A program made the position numbers and the translations under genes. DNA of 64,000 bases from Kiritimatiellia bacterium (GTDB taxonomy: Bacteria; Verrucomicrobiota; Kiritimatiellia; CAIVKH01): positions 3,494-67,493 of the forward strand of contig DAOLDD010000014.1 of assembly GCA_035327585.1 (NCBI GenBank), given 5' to 3'. How positions within the stretch are numbered: position 1 is the stretch's first letter; the number at the start of each line of letters is the position of its first letter. Positions 44,403 to 53,374 of this stretch are shown here, one piece after another. The notes under the pieces are model-generated. The model did no database searches. It had not been told where the DNA came from and was given only the letters and a program-made list of their open reading frames with translations.

Positions 44403-45977
44403 ATGGCTTCGGACCGGCGTCAGGCCACCCGGTATGTCGGCAACTTCCCGGTGACGATCCATGTTGGACAGGGCGGGGACGCCCGCGTCTACAACGCTGT
44501 CGCCCGCGACATTTCTGATGGCGGCCTCCTGCTGGAATGCGCGGATGTACCGCCCGGGGAGACGCGAATCCGCGTGCAATTCAAAGTGCCCGAGGGCGTC
44601 ATGCCGGAGGAATTTTCGCACGGCGCCCAATCCACGGAAGGCGAGGTGCGGCGACGCGACGGCGATCGAAAGCTGCTGGGCGTGCAGTTCGCGCAACCGA
44701 TGAGCCGGCGGCTCGCGCGGACGACCTGGAACTATCTCCGGGGCATCGCGACCCTGGCCCTGATGGTCACCCTCGCCCTGATCGTCCTGATCAAGGTCGA
44801 GAATTTTTATTATTTCTGGTTCGACGTGCCCGTGTTCCTGTACAGCCTCGCGGTCGGCGCGTTCCTGCTCTCGCGCTTCCTGTTCGCGGCGTTCTACCGC
44901 GCGCCCCGGCCGCGGGATGACGCGAGCCTGCCGACCGTCAGCGTCATTTTTCCGGTGTTTAATGAGGAGGGATTCATCGAACGCACGCTGGTGCAGGCGC
45001 TCGAAGTGGCCTACCCCCTCGACAAATTGCAGGTCATCGCGGTGAACGACGGCAGCCGGGACCAGACCTTCCAAATCATGCAACGCGTCCAGCAACGGTA
45101 TCCCGAGCTGGTCCTCGTGAACCTGGAGAAGTCGATGGGCAAACGCGGCGCCATCGCCGCCGGCGCGCAACTGGCGACGGGCGAAATCCTGGTGCTCTCC
45201 GACTCCGACAGCTTTTTCCAGCCGGACGCCATCCGCCGGATCGTCGACGGGTTCACCGAACCGAAGGTCGCGGCGATCACCGGGCACTGCGACGTCGAGA
45301 ACGCGTGGACGAACCTGCTGACCAAGATGCAGACCGTCCGCTACTACATCAGCTTCCGCGTGATGAAGGCGGCCGAAAGCGTGTTCGACGCCGTGACCTG
45401 CCTTTCCGGACCCTTCGCCGCGTACCGGCGCGAGGTGTTCATGTCCGTGGCCGACCGGTGGCTCAACCAGCGCTGGTGCGGCGCGCCCGCGACGTTCGGC
45501 GACGACCGTGCGCTGACCAATTTTGTCCTGCGCCAGGGCCACGCGGTGATTTACGACTCGCGGGCGCGGTGCACCACCATCGTGCCGGAGGACTACCGCA
45601 CGTTCCTGCGCCAGCAGATGCGCTGGAAGCGTTCGTGGTTCCGGGAGTGCATGCGCGGCTGCGCCTACATCTGGAAATATCCGCCACTGGTCTCGCTCTC
45701 CTACTACTTGGGGTTCATCCTCCCGCTCGTCGCCCCCATCGTCGTATTCCGCGCCCTGCTCTACATGCCGCTCTTCCAGCGCGGCAGCCCGCTGATGTAC
45801 ATGCTCGGCATCCTGCTGATGAGCAGCTTGATGAGTTCGGTGTATCTCTTCACGCGCCGCTCGCGCCTGTGGATCTACGGCATCCCATTCTGCTTCTTCT
45901 ACATGTTCGTGCTGGTCTGGCAACTACCGTGGGCGATGCTCACCTCCGCCCACGCAAAATGGGGCACGCGGGGCTGA
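44403..45977 (+). CDS. processive family-2 glycosyltransferase (cellulose/PNAG/hyaluronan-synthase-like) with an N-terminal PilZ c-di-GMP-binding domain
   Basis: PilZ motifs RRQATR (RxxxR) and DISDGG (DxSxGG); GT2 core with DGSRD and LSDSDS acidic motifs and the Q(Q/R)xRW motif QQMRWKRSW; about 7 TM helices. An alternative upstream start is at 44328. Confidence 0.85.
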   Translation: MASDRRQATRYVGNFPVTIHVGQGGDARVYNAVARDISDGGLLLECADVPPGETRIRVQFKVPEGVMPEEFSHGAQSTEGEVRRRDGDRKLLGVQFAQPMSRRLARTTWNYLRGIATLALMVTLALIVLIKVENFYYFWFDVPVFLYSLAVGAFLLSRFLFAAFYRAPRPRDDASLPTVSVIFPVFNEEGFIERTLVQALEVAYPLDKLQVIAVNDGSRDQTFQIMQRVQQRYPELVLVNLEKSMGKRGAIAAGAQLATGEILVLSDSDSFFQPDAIRRIVDGFTEPKVAAITGHCDVENAWTNLLTKMQTVRYYISFRVMKAAESVFDAVTCLSGPFAAYRREVFMSVADRWLNQRWCGAPATFGDDRALTNFVLRQGHAVIYDSRARCTTIVPEDYRTFLRQQMRWKRSWFRECMRGCAYIWKYPPLVSLSYYLGFILPLVAPIVVFRALLYMPLFQRGSPLMYMLGILLMSSLMSSVYLFTRRSRLWIYGIPFCFFYMFVLVWQLPWAMLTSAHAKWGTRG

Positions 45978-45980
45978 CGC

Positions 45981-47903
45981 ATGGGCAAACGGCTATTCAT
46001 TCTCGCGCAGTGGGCGGTTCTGATCGCGCTGGTCATCCATGGCGTACGCACGGTGGCGCGCCCCGTCCCGCCCCCGGACTACGATCCGGATAGCTGGGCG
46101 TCCTGGCGCGGCTTCCACGCGCTCTCCTATGCGGGCGTCACGCGCGGCGGCGGCAGCGACCACGTCACCCCCCACCAACTCGCCGCGCACCTCCAGGCGC
46201 TGCGCGAAGCCGGCTATAAATCCATCACGCCCGGCGACATTGAAGCGTACCTCGAAGGACGCGTCGCCCTGCCGGACCGCGCCGTGCTGCTGCTGTTCGA
46301 GGGCGGGCGCAAGGACAGCTATCTCGCCGCGACCCCGCTCCTTCGGAAATCAGGCCAGGTCGCGGTGATGTGCGTGCCGACATTGTTGACGCGGCGATGG
46401 GGTAGTTTCTACCTGCGCGAGGGCGACTTGAAAAAATTCCTCAAGGACCCGCACTGGCGGCTCGCCAGCATGGGCCACGCCGCCGTCACCACCATTCCCG
46501 TCGCGGACGGCGAGGAGGGGCGCTTCCTCGTACGTCGCCAGCGCCTGAAAACGCATGTCGAATCCGAGGCGGAATACCGCGCGCGCGTGGAGCAGGACTT
46601 CGCGCGCGCCGCGGATATTCTGGCCCGTGCGTCGGGACAGCCCGTCGCGACATACCTGTTCCCCTTCGCCGACGCCGGGGCATCGCCCGGCGCGACGCCG
46701 GAAGCGATCGATGTGCTGCGCGCCGCCGCCGCGATGCACCACCGAATCGCCTTCACGCGCGCGGACGACGCGTTCAACGGGCCGGACAGTGATCCCATGC
46801 AACTCACCCGACTGCGCGTACGCGGAACCTGGGACGCCGCGCGGCTGCTCGAAGAACTGGCCCGCAGCGAGCCCCGCGACATTCCGGTCACCTCGCTTCC
46901 CGGCGCGCACGCCTGGTCGTTCGACGGCGCCGGATCGGCCCAGGACGGCGTGCTCCACCTCGGAGATGGCGCGCGCGCGTGGCTGCGCGGCAGCTCGGAC
47001 TGGTCCGACCTTCAAACGACCGCCGCCATCGAGCGGCCCGCCGGCGCCCAGTTGTCGCTCTACGCGCGGTACGCCGGCCCCACCCGCTACGTGCGCGTCA
47101 CCGCGAACGACGAAGGACTCCGCGTCCAGGAACGGCTCGGCGCAACGATGCAGACGCTCGCCTTCCTGCCCGCCACGAATACGCCCAACGGCGGCGCGGA
47201 GTGGACGTTGCGCATCAAGGGCAACCGCCTCTGGATGGAACGCCCCGGGACTCCGCCCGTCGGGCCGCTGCCGCTCACGCGCCATACAAGCCGCGGACGA
47301 ATCGGCTTCGAAGCCCGGGGCGACGGCGTCGGCGTACGGTCGTTTACCGCGCGGCAATTGCCGGGCCTCGCCGTGCGATCAGCCTCGCTCGCCGACATAC
47401 CGGAGGAACAGCGCCCGCGGACCAGCGTGTGGATGCCCCGCTGGTTCAACACGGAGCAACGGCCCGAATTCACCGGGGCGATGCGCGCCGACCTGCTGGA
47501 CGCCGCCGCGCAGGGCATCCAGGTCATGCCGTGGATCGACATGGAACATGGCGCGCCACGGCAGGATTTCGCCGCCGACCTCGTGGCGCTGTTCAGCGGT
47601 GTGGCGGAAGGCGCGCTTGTCACGCGTTTCGCCCTCTCCGCGCCTGACGATCCCCTCGCGGAGGCGCTGCGTCGGCAGGGGTACGGCATCCTGCAACACG
47701 TCTCGACGCACGCCGCGCGGCGACTCGCGCTGGACGGCCGGGCGGGTCGCGAAGGCGACTGGCTGCTCCTGGCGGGCAACCCGCTCGAAGCCGCCGAATC
47801 GCTCGCCGAATTGCAGCGCGGCATCCCGTCCACTCGCCTGCTCTGGATGACGGACAAGGATATTTACCTGCCGCCCGGCGTGCGGCGCGCGGCCGCCTAT
47901 TGA
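45981..47903 (+). CDS. PgaB-like exopolysaccharide modification protein (CE4-like N-terminal domain with a degenerate catalytic motif, plus a C-terminal glycoside-hydrolase-like domain)
   Basis: N-terminal TM, then a PgaB/IcaB-like block (HALSYAG...VTPHQLAAHLQALREAGYKSITPGDIEAY...LPDRAVLLLFEGGRKDSY), where LFEGG replaces the canonical TFDDG; 640 aa. Confidence 0.6.
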   Translation: MGKRLFILAQWAVLIALVIHGVRTVARPVPPPDYDPDSWASWRGFHALSYAGVTRGGGSDHVTPHQLAAHLQALREAGYKSITPGDIEAYLEGRVALPDRAVLLLFEGGRKDSYLAATPLLRKSGQVAVMCVPTLLTRRWGSFYLREGDLKKFLKDPHWRLASMGHAAVTTIPVADGEEGRFLVRRQRLKTHVESEAEYRARVEQDFARAADILARASGQPVATYLFPFADAGASPGATPEAIDVLRAAAAMHHRIAFTRADDAFNGPDSDPMQLTRLRVRGTWDAARLLEELARSEPRDIPVTSLPGAHAWSFDGAGSAQDGVLHLGDGARAWLRGSSDWSDLQTTAAIERPAGAQLSLYARYAGPTRYVRVTANDEGLRVQERLGATMQTLAFLPATNTPNGGAEWTLRIKGNRLWMERPGTPPVGPLPLTRHTSRGRIGFEARGDGVGVRSFTARQLPGLAVRSASLADIPEEQRPRTSVWMPRWFNTEQRPEFTGAMRADLLDAAAQGIQVMPWIDMEHGAPRQDFAADLVALFSGVAEGALVTRFALSAPDDPLAEALRRQGYGILQHVSTHAARRLALDGRAGREGDWLLLAGNPLEAAESLAELQRGIPSTRLLWMTDKDIYLPPGVRRAAAY

Positions 47904-47909
47904 GTCGCC

Positions 47910-49499
47910 ATGCACAACCGGTTTCCAGTCGCACTCCTCGTCGGCCAGGCTCTCCTGACGGTAGGCCTTCACGCGGAAACACCGCGTTCCGCCCTTTCGC
48001 TCATCCATGAATCGCGCGTGGCCGTGGGCCGCGGCGACTTGGGTGACGCCCGCACGGCGGCCCGCCAGGCGGTGGAGATTGATCCCGCCTATGCGGACGC
48101 GTGGAAACAATTGGGGCGCGTGCAGATGCTCGCGCGCCAGCCGGACGATGCGCTCCGCGCGCTCGACACCGCCCGCCAACTCAAACCGGGCGATGCGGAA
48201 ATCGAAGGCTGGTTGGGCCCGCTTTATCGGGATCTCGGCTGGTGGCATTGGGCAAAGGGCGACATCGCGTCGTCGATCGCCGCGTTCAACGATGCGCTGA
48301 AGGCGAACGTCCCGCGGCGACACGACGTCCTGCGGAGCTTCCAGGCTGTACTCGCCGAAAGCGATCACCGCGCCGAGGCGCTCCAGCTCCTCGAAAGTTG
48401 GGGCGATCCCGACATCTGGCGGGAAATCGCGCGCGCGAACCTCGACCAAGGCCGCCTGCTCGCCGCCGAACCGGCGCTTACGCTGCTTCACCTCGCGAAA
48501 GACGACCCAGTGCGAACGGACGTTCAACTCGCCCACACGCGCGCGATGCTGGGCGCTTGTGAGGACATGTCCGCGCTGATCCCGGATCCCGCGGAGCGCG
48601 CCGCCGCGTGGGACGACCCGCATGTTGACCTGGCCATCGAGGCCATTCTGCTCTGCAACAACGGAACCCTTACCTCACGACTCGCGCGGCTCCAGGCGTT
48701 GGAGCGCGAACCCCAACGGGACGTTTCCGAACGCATGCGGACAGCGGCCCGAACAGCGCTTGCACATCGGAACTTTGACCGCGCGTTCCGGATCTACGAC
48801 CGCCTGCTCGCGCGTGAACCGGACTGCCGCTGCTACCTGCGCGCCGCCTCCGCGGCCGAGGCCCTGCGCGGCACAAAGGGCGCCGCGCAATTTCTGGCCG
48901 CGCTGCTTCCCCGCTCCAGCGACGACGCCGTGCGCGCCGGAATCCAAGGCCGACTCGCGCGACTGGATGGACTGGCCGATGAAGCCGCGGCCCACTACGC
49001 GCGCAGTCTTTCCCTCGATCCCGCCCAGAACGACGTGCAACGCGAGTTATTCTTCGCCCTGGTCGAACTCGGACGCGAGGAGGAGGCCAGGCGCGTGGCC
49101 GACGCGCTCGCCGGTCGCGAGGCCGAGGGCGAAACAGAACTCCGGCCGATCCTCGCGGAAATGTGGAGCGCCCTCGCGGACCACGAACTCGCCCTCGCCT
49201 TCTGGGGCGCCCTCGCGGAGCGTCACCCCGGCAGCGCCTACTACACCGTCGAATGGGCTCGCACACTGCTGCGCGTCGGGCGGAGGGCCGATGCGATCGC
49301 CCGGCTGGAAGCGCTCACCGCGCGCGTCGCCGACGTCCCGGCGCTTGAATTGCTGGCACGCCTGCTCATCGAGGATCACCGGAAGGCCGAGGCGCTTCAA
49401 ATCGTCGAACAGGCGCTGGCCCTCGAATACACGACCTCGCTGCTGCAACTTCGGACACTTGCGGGCGGGATATCGGACGACGGGGACGCCTCACGATAG
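47910..49499 (+). CDS. secreted TPR-repeat protein (PgaA/PelB/BcsC N-terminal-like scaffold; no beta-barrel domain recognisable)
   Basis: Signal peptide [22 protein letters not shown], then more than 10 TPR-like helical repeats ([13 protein letters not shown]..., [14 protein letters not shown]..., [26 protein letters not shown]...). Confidence 0.7.
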   Translation: MHNRFPVALLVGQALLTVGLHAETPRSALSLIHESRVAVGRGDLGDARTAARQAVEIDPAYADAWKQLGRVQMLARQPDDALRALDTARQLKPGDAEIEGWLGPLYRDLGWWHWAKGDIASSIAAFNDALKANVPRRHDVLRSFQAVLAESDHRAEALQLLESWGDPDIWREIARANLDQGRLLAAEPALTLLHLAKDDPVRTDVQLAHTRAMLGACEDMSALIPDPAERAAAWDDPHVDLAIEAILLCNNGTLTSRLARLQALEREPQRDVSERMRTAARTALAHRNFDRAFRIYDRLLAREPDCRCYLRAASAAEALRGTKGAAQFLAALLPRSSDDAVRAGIQGRLARLDGLADEAAAHYARSLSLDPAQNDVQRELFFALVELGREEEARRVADALAGREAEGETELRPILAEMWSALADHELALAFWGALAERHPGSAYYTVEWARTLLRVGRRADAIARLEALTARVADVPALELLARLLIEDHRKAEALQIVEQALALEYTTSLLQLRTLAGGISDDGDASR

Positions 49500-49763
49500 C
49501 GGCGTTTTCTGCTTCGTGATCAGCGGCAGCACCGGGGCCTTTTCCGCGTTTATCGCGATATATGATTTCCACTTCGCCGGCACGCGCTGCGCGGGGAAAA
49601 TCGCCTTCGTCGGACACTCCGGCACGCACGCGCCGCAATCGATGCACTCCACCGGGTCAATCACCAGCATCCGGTCATCCTCGTGAAAACAATTCACCGG
49701 GCACACCGTGACGCAGACGGTGTTTTTGCATCCGATGCAGGGCTCTGTGACGACGTGCGGCAT
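49491..49763 (-). CDS. fdx: ferredoxin (4Fe-4S / 7Fe type)
   Basis: [14 protein letters not shown] and [12 protein letters not shown] cluster-binding motifs; 90 aa. Confidence 0.85.
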   Translation of the reverse strand: MPHVVTEPCIGCKNTVCVTVCPVNCFHEDDRMLVIDPVECIDCGACVPECPTKAIFPAQRVPAKWKSYIAINAEKAPVLPLITKQKTPLS

Positions 49764-49776
49764 AATGGGGAAAACC

Positions 49777-49866
49777 CGAATGACAAATTCCGAATGACGA
49801 ATGGACTATAGTCCCCATTGGTCATTCCGTCATTCGTCATTGGTCATTGGTCATTTCATCATTCTC
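49777..49866. repeat. palindromic element built from GAATGAC/GTCATTC heptamers around a perfect GGACTATAGTCC core
   Basis: CGAATGACAAATTCCGAATGACGAATGG-ACTATAGT-CCATTGGTCATTCCGTCATTCGTCATTGGTCATTGGTCATT; ends about 14 nt upstream of the ferredoxin ATG on the minus strand. Confidence 0.8.
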
Positions 49867-50531
49867 CGCAGCTCCTCCAGATCCAGCCCCATCAAGGTGT
49901 CCCGCACATAATCCGCGAGGCCGAGATATTCGCGATCATAGCTGTTCGTCAGGCCGAGCACCTTCAGCTTCGCCCCCTTCGCCGACGTGATGCCCGCGGG
50001 TGTGTCCTCAATCGCCAGGCACTGCGCGGGACGCAGCGCGATTCCATGTTTCTCCGCGAGCCGTTTGACCGCGAGGCGATAGCAGCTCGGGTCGGGCTTC
50101 GACGCGCGCACATCATCCGCGGTCACCATCACATCGAACGCATCCGCGAGCTGGAGCCCTTCGAAGATCGGTTCGATGTCCGATCGCAAAGCGCCGCTGC
50201 ACAAGCCGAGGGGAATGCGACCCGCCAGGTGGCGAATTAATTCCACCGCGCCCGGAAACGGGTCCGGCGGCTCCTGGCGAACCATGTAGTTAAAGGTGAC
50301 CGCTTTGCGCTCCACGAGCGACTTGATTTCGGCGTCCGCGTACGGACGGCGATGCCGTTTCATCACCGCGAGGAAGGCCCCGCGGTCATCGAACCCGATC
50401 AGGTCTCGGACATAGGCCTCCCACGAAAACCCCATTCCCATCGGCTCCAACACCCGGTTGAGCGCCTCATAATGCAGGTGCTCGGTGTCCACGATCACGC
50501 CATCAAAATCAAAAATAACCGCCTGCAACAT
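49851..50531 (-). CDS. HAD-superfamily hydrolase (beta-phosphoglucomutase-like subfamily)
   Basis: Begins MLQAVIFDFDGVIVDTE, the DxD motif I of HAD enzymes; 226 aa. Confidence 0.8.
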   Translation of the reverse strand: MLQAVIFDFDGVIVDTEHLHYEALNRVLEPMGMGFSWEAYVRDLIGFDDRGAFLAVMKRHRRPYADAEIKSLVERKAVTFNYMVRQEPPDPFPGAVELIRHLAGRIPLGLCSGALRSDIEPIFEGLQLADAFDVMVTADDVRASKPDPSCYRLAVKRLAEKHGIALRPAQCLAIEDTPAGITSAKGAKLKVLGLTNSYDREYLGLADYVRDTLMGLDLEELRRMMK

Positions 50532-50543
50532 CCAATCCCCTCC

Positions 50544-52271
50544 TCACGTGCGGACATGGGCCAGAAGGTTTAACAATTCGGGAAGCTTCCGCGTGTTCAG
50601 CACATCCGCCTTCTCCAGCCAGCCGCGGCGGGCCTGGCCGATGCCGTAGGTGGTGTTGGCGAGATCGGCAACCTGGTGGCCGTCGACATTGATCGCGACG
50701 AGCACGCCGGCCTCCTTCGCCATCTGGCAATACACGTCGTTCATGTCGAGCCGCATCGGGTTGGCGTTCAATTCGAGGAAGCATCCGCGCTGCTTCGCGT
50801 GCGCGATCACACGCGGGATGTCGATGTCGTACGGCTCACGCTCCAGGATCAAACGGCCCGTCGGATGCGCGAGGATCGTGGCGTACCGGTGGTCCAGCGC
50901 CTTCAGCACGCGCGCGGTCTGTTGCTCCCGCGAGAGGTTGAACTTGCTGTGGACCGACACGACCACGAGGTCGAGTTCCGCGAGGATCGCGTCGTCCAAG
51001 TCCAGCGAGCCGTCTTCGAGAATGTCGCACTCAATACCCTTGAGCAGGCGGAATCCCTTAAAACCCTCGTTGAGCTTGTCGATTTCCCTGATCTGCTTCG
51101 CGAGCCGCTTCTCGTCGAGCCCGTTCGCGACGGTAAGCCGCTTCGAGTGGTCGCACATCGCGAAATACTCGTATCCCCGCGCCTGCGCGGCCTCCGCCAT
51201 CTCCGCGATGGTGTTCGCGCCGTCGGACCACGTCGAATGATTGTGCAGGTCGCCCCGGATGTCGTCCGTCTCGATGAGACGCGGCAGCGTGCCCTCCGCC
51301 GCCCGCTCGACTTCGCCCCGGTTTTCGCGCAATTCCGGCGGCGGCACGGCCAGGCCAAGGGCGGCATATACATCCTTCTCCGTCCGGCCCGCCACCGCCT
51401 CCTCACCGCGCATCACGCCGTATTCGTTGACTTTGAGGCCCTTTGCCTGCGCGATCTTGCGGACGACGATGTTGTGCTCCTTGCTGCCCGTGAAGTATTG
51501 CAGCGCCGCACCGAAACTTTCGGCGGGCACCACACGCAAGTCCACCTGCAACCCGGATCGAAGCAGGATGCTCGACTTCGTTTCGCCGTTCGCGAGCACC
51601 TGCTGGACTTCGTCATAGGTGATGAACGCCTGCATCACGGCGGCGGAATCCGCGGCCTCTGCCAGGATGTCGAGATCACCGATCGTCTCGCGGGCGCGAC
51701 GGTAGCTGCCCGCCAGCTCAAGCTGTTTCACGCCCGGCACAGCGCGCAGGTGTTTCAGCAGCGATTCGGCATAAGGCGCCACCGAGGCGCGGCGGAAGCG
51801 CTTGCCCTCGGTCTGGCGTGTTTCGATGCCCTTGAGGATGCCGGTCTCAATTTTCTCGCCGAATCCCTTGATCTCGCGGATTTTCCCTTCGCGCGCCGCG
51901 GCGGCGAGTTGGGCGAGGCCCTTGATCTTCAAATCGTCGTGTAGGATTTTGACGCGCTTTGGGCCGAGACCCGGCAGACGCAGCATGTCGAGCAGCCCCG
52001 GCGGCATCTCGCCGCGCAGTTCCTCCAATTGCGCGATGCGGCCCGTGATGACCATCTGGCCGATCTTTTGCGCGAGGTCTTTTCCGATCCCCGCGATCTG
52101 CGTCAGGTCATCCCCCCGCTCCACCCGGTCGCGCAACTCCTCGCCCATATCGCCGACCGTGCGCGATGCGTTGCGATACGCGCGCACGCGAAACGGGTTG
52201 TCCCCCTTGATTTCGAGCAGATCCGCGATCTCCTCGAACGCGGCGGCGATATCAGCATTGTGAACCGGCAT
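50544..52271 (-). CDS. polX: DNA polymerase X family protein with a C-terminal PHP (histidinol-phosphatase-like) domain
   Basis: N-terminal HhH/pol-beta-like region (IADLLEIKGDNPFRVRAYRNA...IAGIGKDLAQKI), then PHP motifs (LHNHSTWSDG, MCDHS, SVHS, LAHP); 575 aa. Confidence 0.85.
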   Translation of the reverse strand: MPVHNADIAAAFEEIADLLEIKGDNPFRVRAYRNASRTVGDMGEELRDRVERGDDLTQIAGIGKDLAQKIGQMVITGRIAQLEELRGEMPPGLLDMLRLPGLGPKRVKILHDDLKIKGLAQLAAAAREGKIREIKGFGEKIETGILKGIETRQTEGKRFRRASVAPYAESLLKHLRAVPGVKQLELAGSYRRARETIGDLDILAEAADSAAVMQAFITYDEVQQVLANGETKSSILLRSGLQVDLRVVPAESFGAALQYFTGSKEHNIVVRKIAQAKGLKVNEYGVMRGEEAVAGRTEKDVYAALGLAVPPPELRENRGEVERAAEGTLPRLIETDDIRGDLHNHSTWSDGANTIAEMAEAAQARGYEYFAMCDHSKRLTVANGLDEKRLAKQIREIDKLNEGFKGFRLLKGIECDILEDGSLDLDDAILAELDLVVVSVHSKFNLSREQQTARVLKALDHRYATILAHPTGRLILEREPYDIDIPRVIAHAKQRGCFLELNANPMRLDMNDVYCQMAKEAGVLVAINVDGHQVADLANTTYGIGQARRGWLEKADVLNTRKLPELLNLLAHVRT

Positions 52272-52296
52272 GGCCGCAGAGTAGCGCGAAGGACGT

Positions 52297-53325
52297 TCAA
52301 CCCGCCAGCCGTTTCAATAAGGCCTTCTTGTAAAGCAGGCGCATGGCGTAGCAGTCGAGGAAGTGGCCGGCGCAGTAGGAGGTGATGCGACCGACGAATC
52401 GGCCCTCTTCCAACAGCGCAACGGCGGCGAAGAGGTCGAGCACGGCGCGGTGCCAGACGGCTTCCAGCGATTTGCCCTCGTGCAGCAGGCGCGGCTCGTT
52501 GATGTAGCGCGTCCGGCCGTGGACCAGCACGTTTTCCTTGTTGTAGCCCAGATTCCGCACATCGGCGAACACCTGGCCGATCGTCTTGGCCCAAAGCATC
52601 CGCGAATGCGGCGCATTCGTTCTCGCCTCGGCGCCGCGCCGAAAATGTTCGTAGTTCAGCGGAAACTTGATGCGCTGGGTGCCGATGGCGGACGGGAAAT
52701 TGATCGCGCAATCGACCAGCAGGCGGCGCGCGCCTTCATCGGGCTCGAATACGAGGAAACTGCCGTTCGGCAGCCCCACCGTCGCGCGCTCCTTCACTGT
52801 CCAATACTGCACCGGACGGTCCGTTTCCACCTCGCCAGCGGACTCCAGCGCCTCGACCAGATCCAGACTGCCGCGCTTGAACAGCGGCGGGTCGCCGGAG
52901 GTGCAGCGAATCATGAGGTTGTCGATCCGCGTGCCCACTTTCAACGCGATGATGTGCTCCACCATGCGGACATAATTCTGCGGGGGCCCGCTGCGCAGCA
53001 CGATGTTGCTGACGATCTCGCCCGTCGTCCAGACGTTGCGGATCGACACCCGTACCGGCAGGCAATCGTGCAGGTCAGTCCGCTCAAACCACCAGCCTTC
53101 CAAATCCGTCGGCTCCAGTGAAAGCGTGCTCGTCGACTTGCCGAGGAACGTGCCGGGCCCCGAAACCGAAACCGGCCTCGCAATGGTACGCTGCCGGGCG
53201 TGGGGATCGAGAGCCTCCGTGCCGGAAAGATCCCAGTCCACCGCCTGCGCCTGCATGCGATCCCAGGAGCGCCGCAGCACATCGGGTTCGCCGGCCAGGA
53301 TGGTTCCAAATGGTTCGCTTGTCAT
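52297..53325 (-). CDS. lpxC: UDP-3-O-acyl-N-acetylglucosamine deacetylase
   Basis: LpxC-like blocks (EHIIALKVGTRIDNL, SGDPPLFKRGSLDL, HRAVLDLFAAVAL), about 340 aa; assignment by family resemblance. Confidence 0.75.
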   Translation of the reverse strand: MTSEPFGTILAGEPDVLRRSWDRMQAQAVDWDLSGTEALDPHARQRTIARPVSVSGPGTFLGKSTSTLSLEPTDLEGWWFERTDLHDCLPVRVSIRNVWTTGEIVSNIVLRSGPPQNYVRMVEHIIALKVGTRIDNLMIRCTSGDPPLFKRGSLDLVEALESAGEVETDRPVQYWTVKERATVGLPNGSFLVFEPDEGARRLLVDCAINFPSAIGTQRIKFPLNYEHFRRGAEARTNAPHSRMLWAKTIGQVFADVRNLGYNKENVLVHGRTRYINEPRLLHEGKSLEAVWHRAVLDLFAAVALLEEGRFVGRITSYCAGHFLDCYAMRLLYKKALLKRLAG

Positions 53326-53374
53326 GCCCTCACCCCCACCCTCTCCCGCGGGGAGAGGGTGATGATTGTATTCT

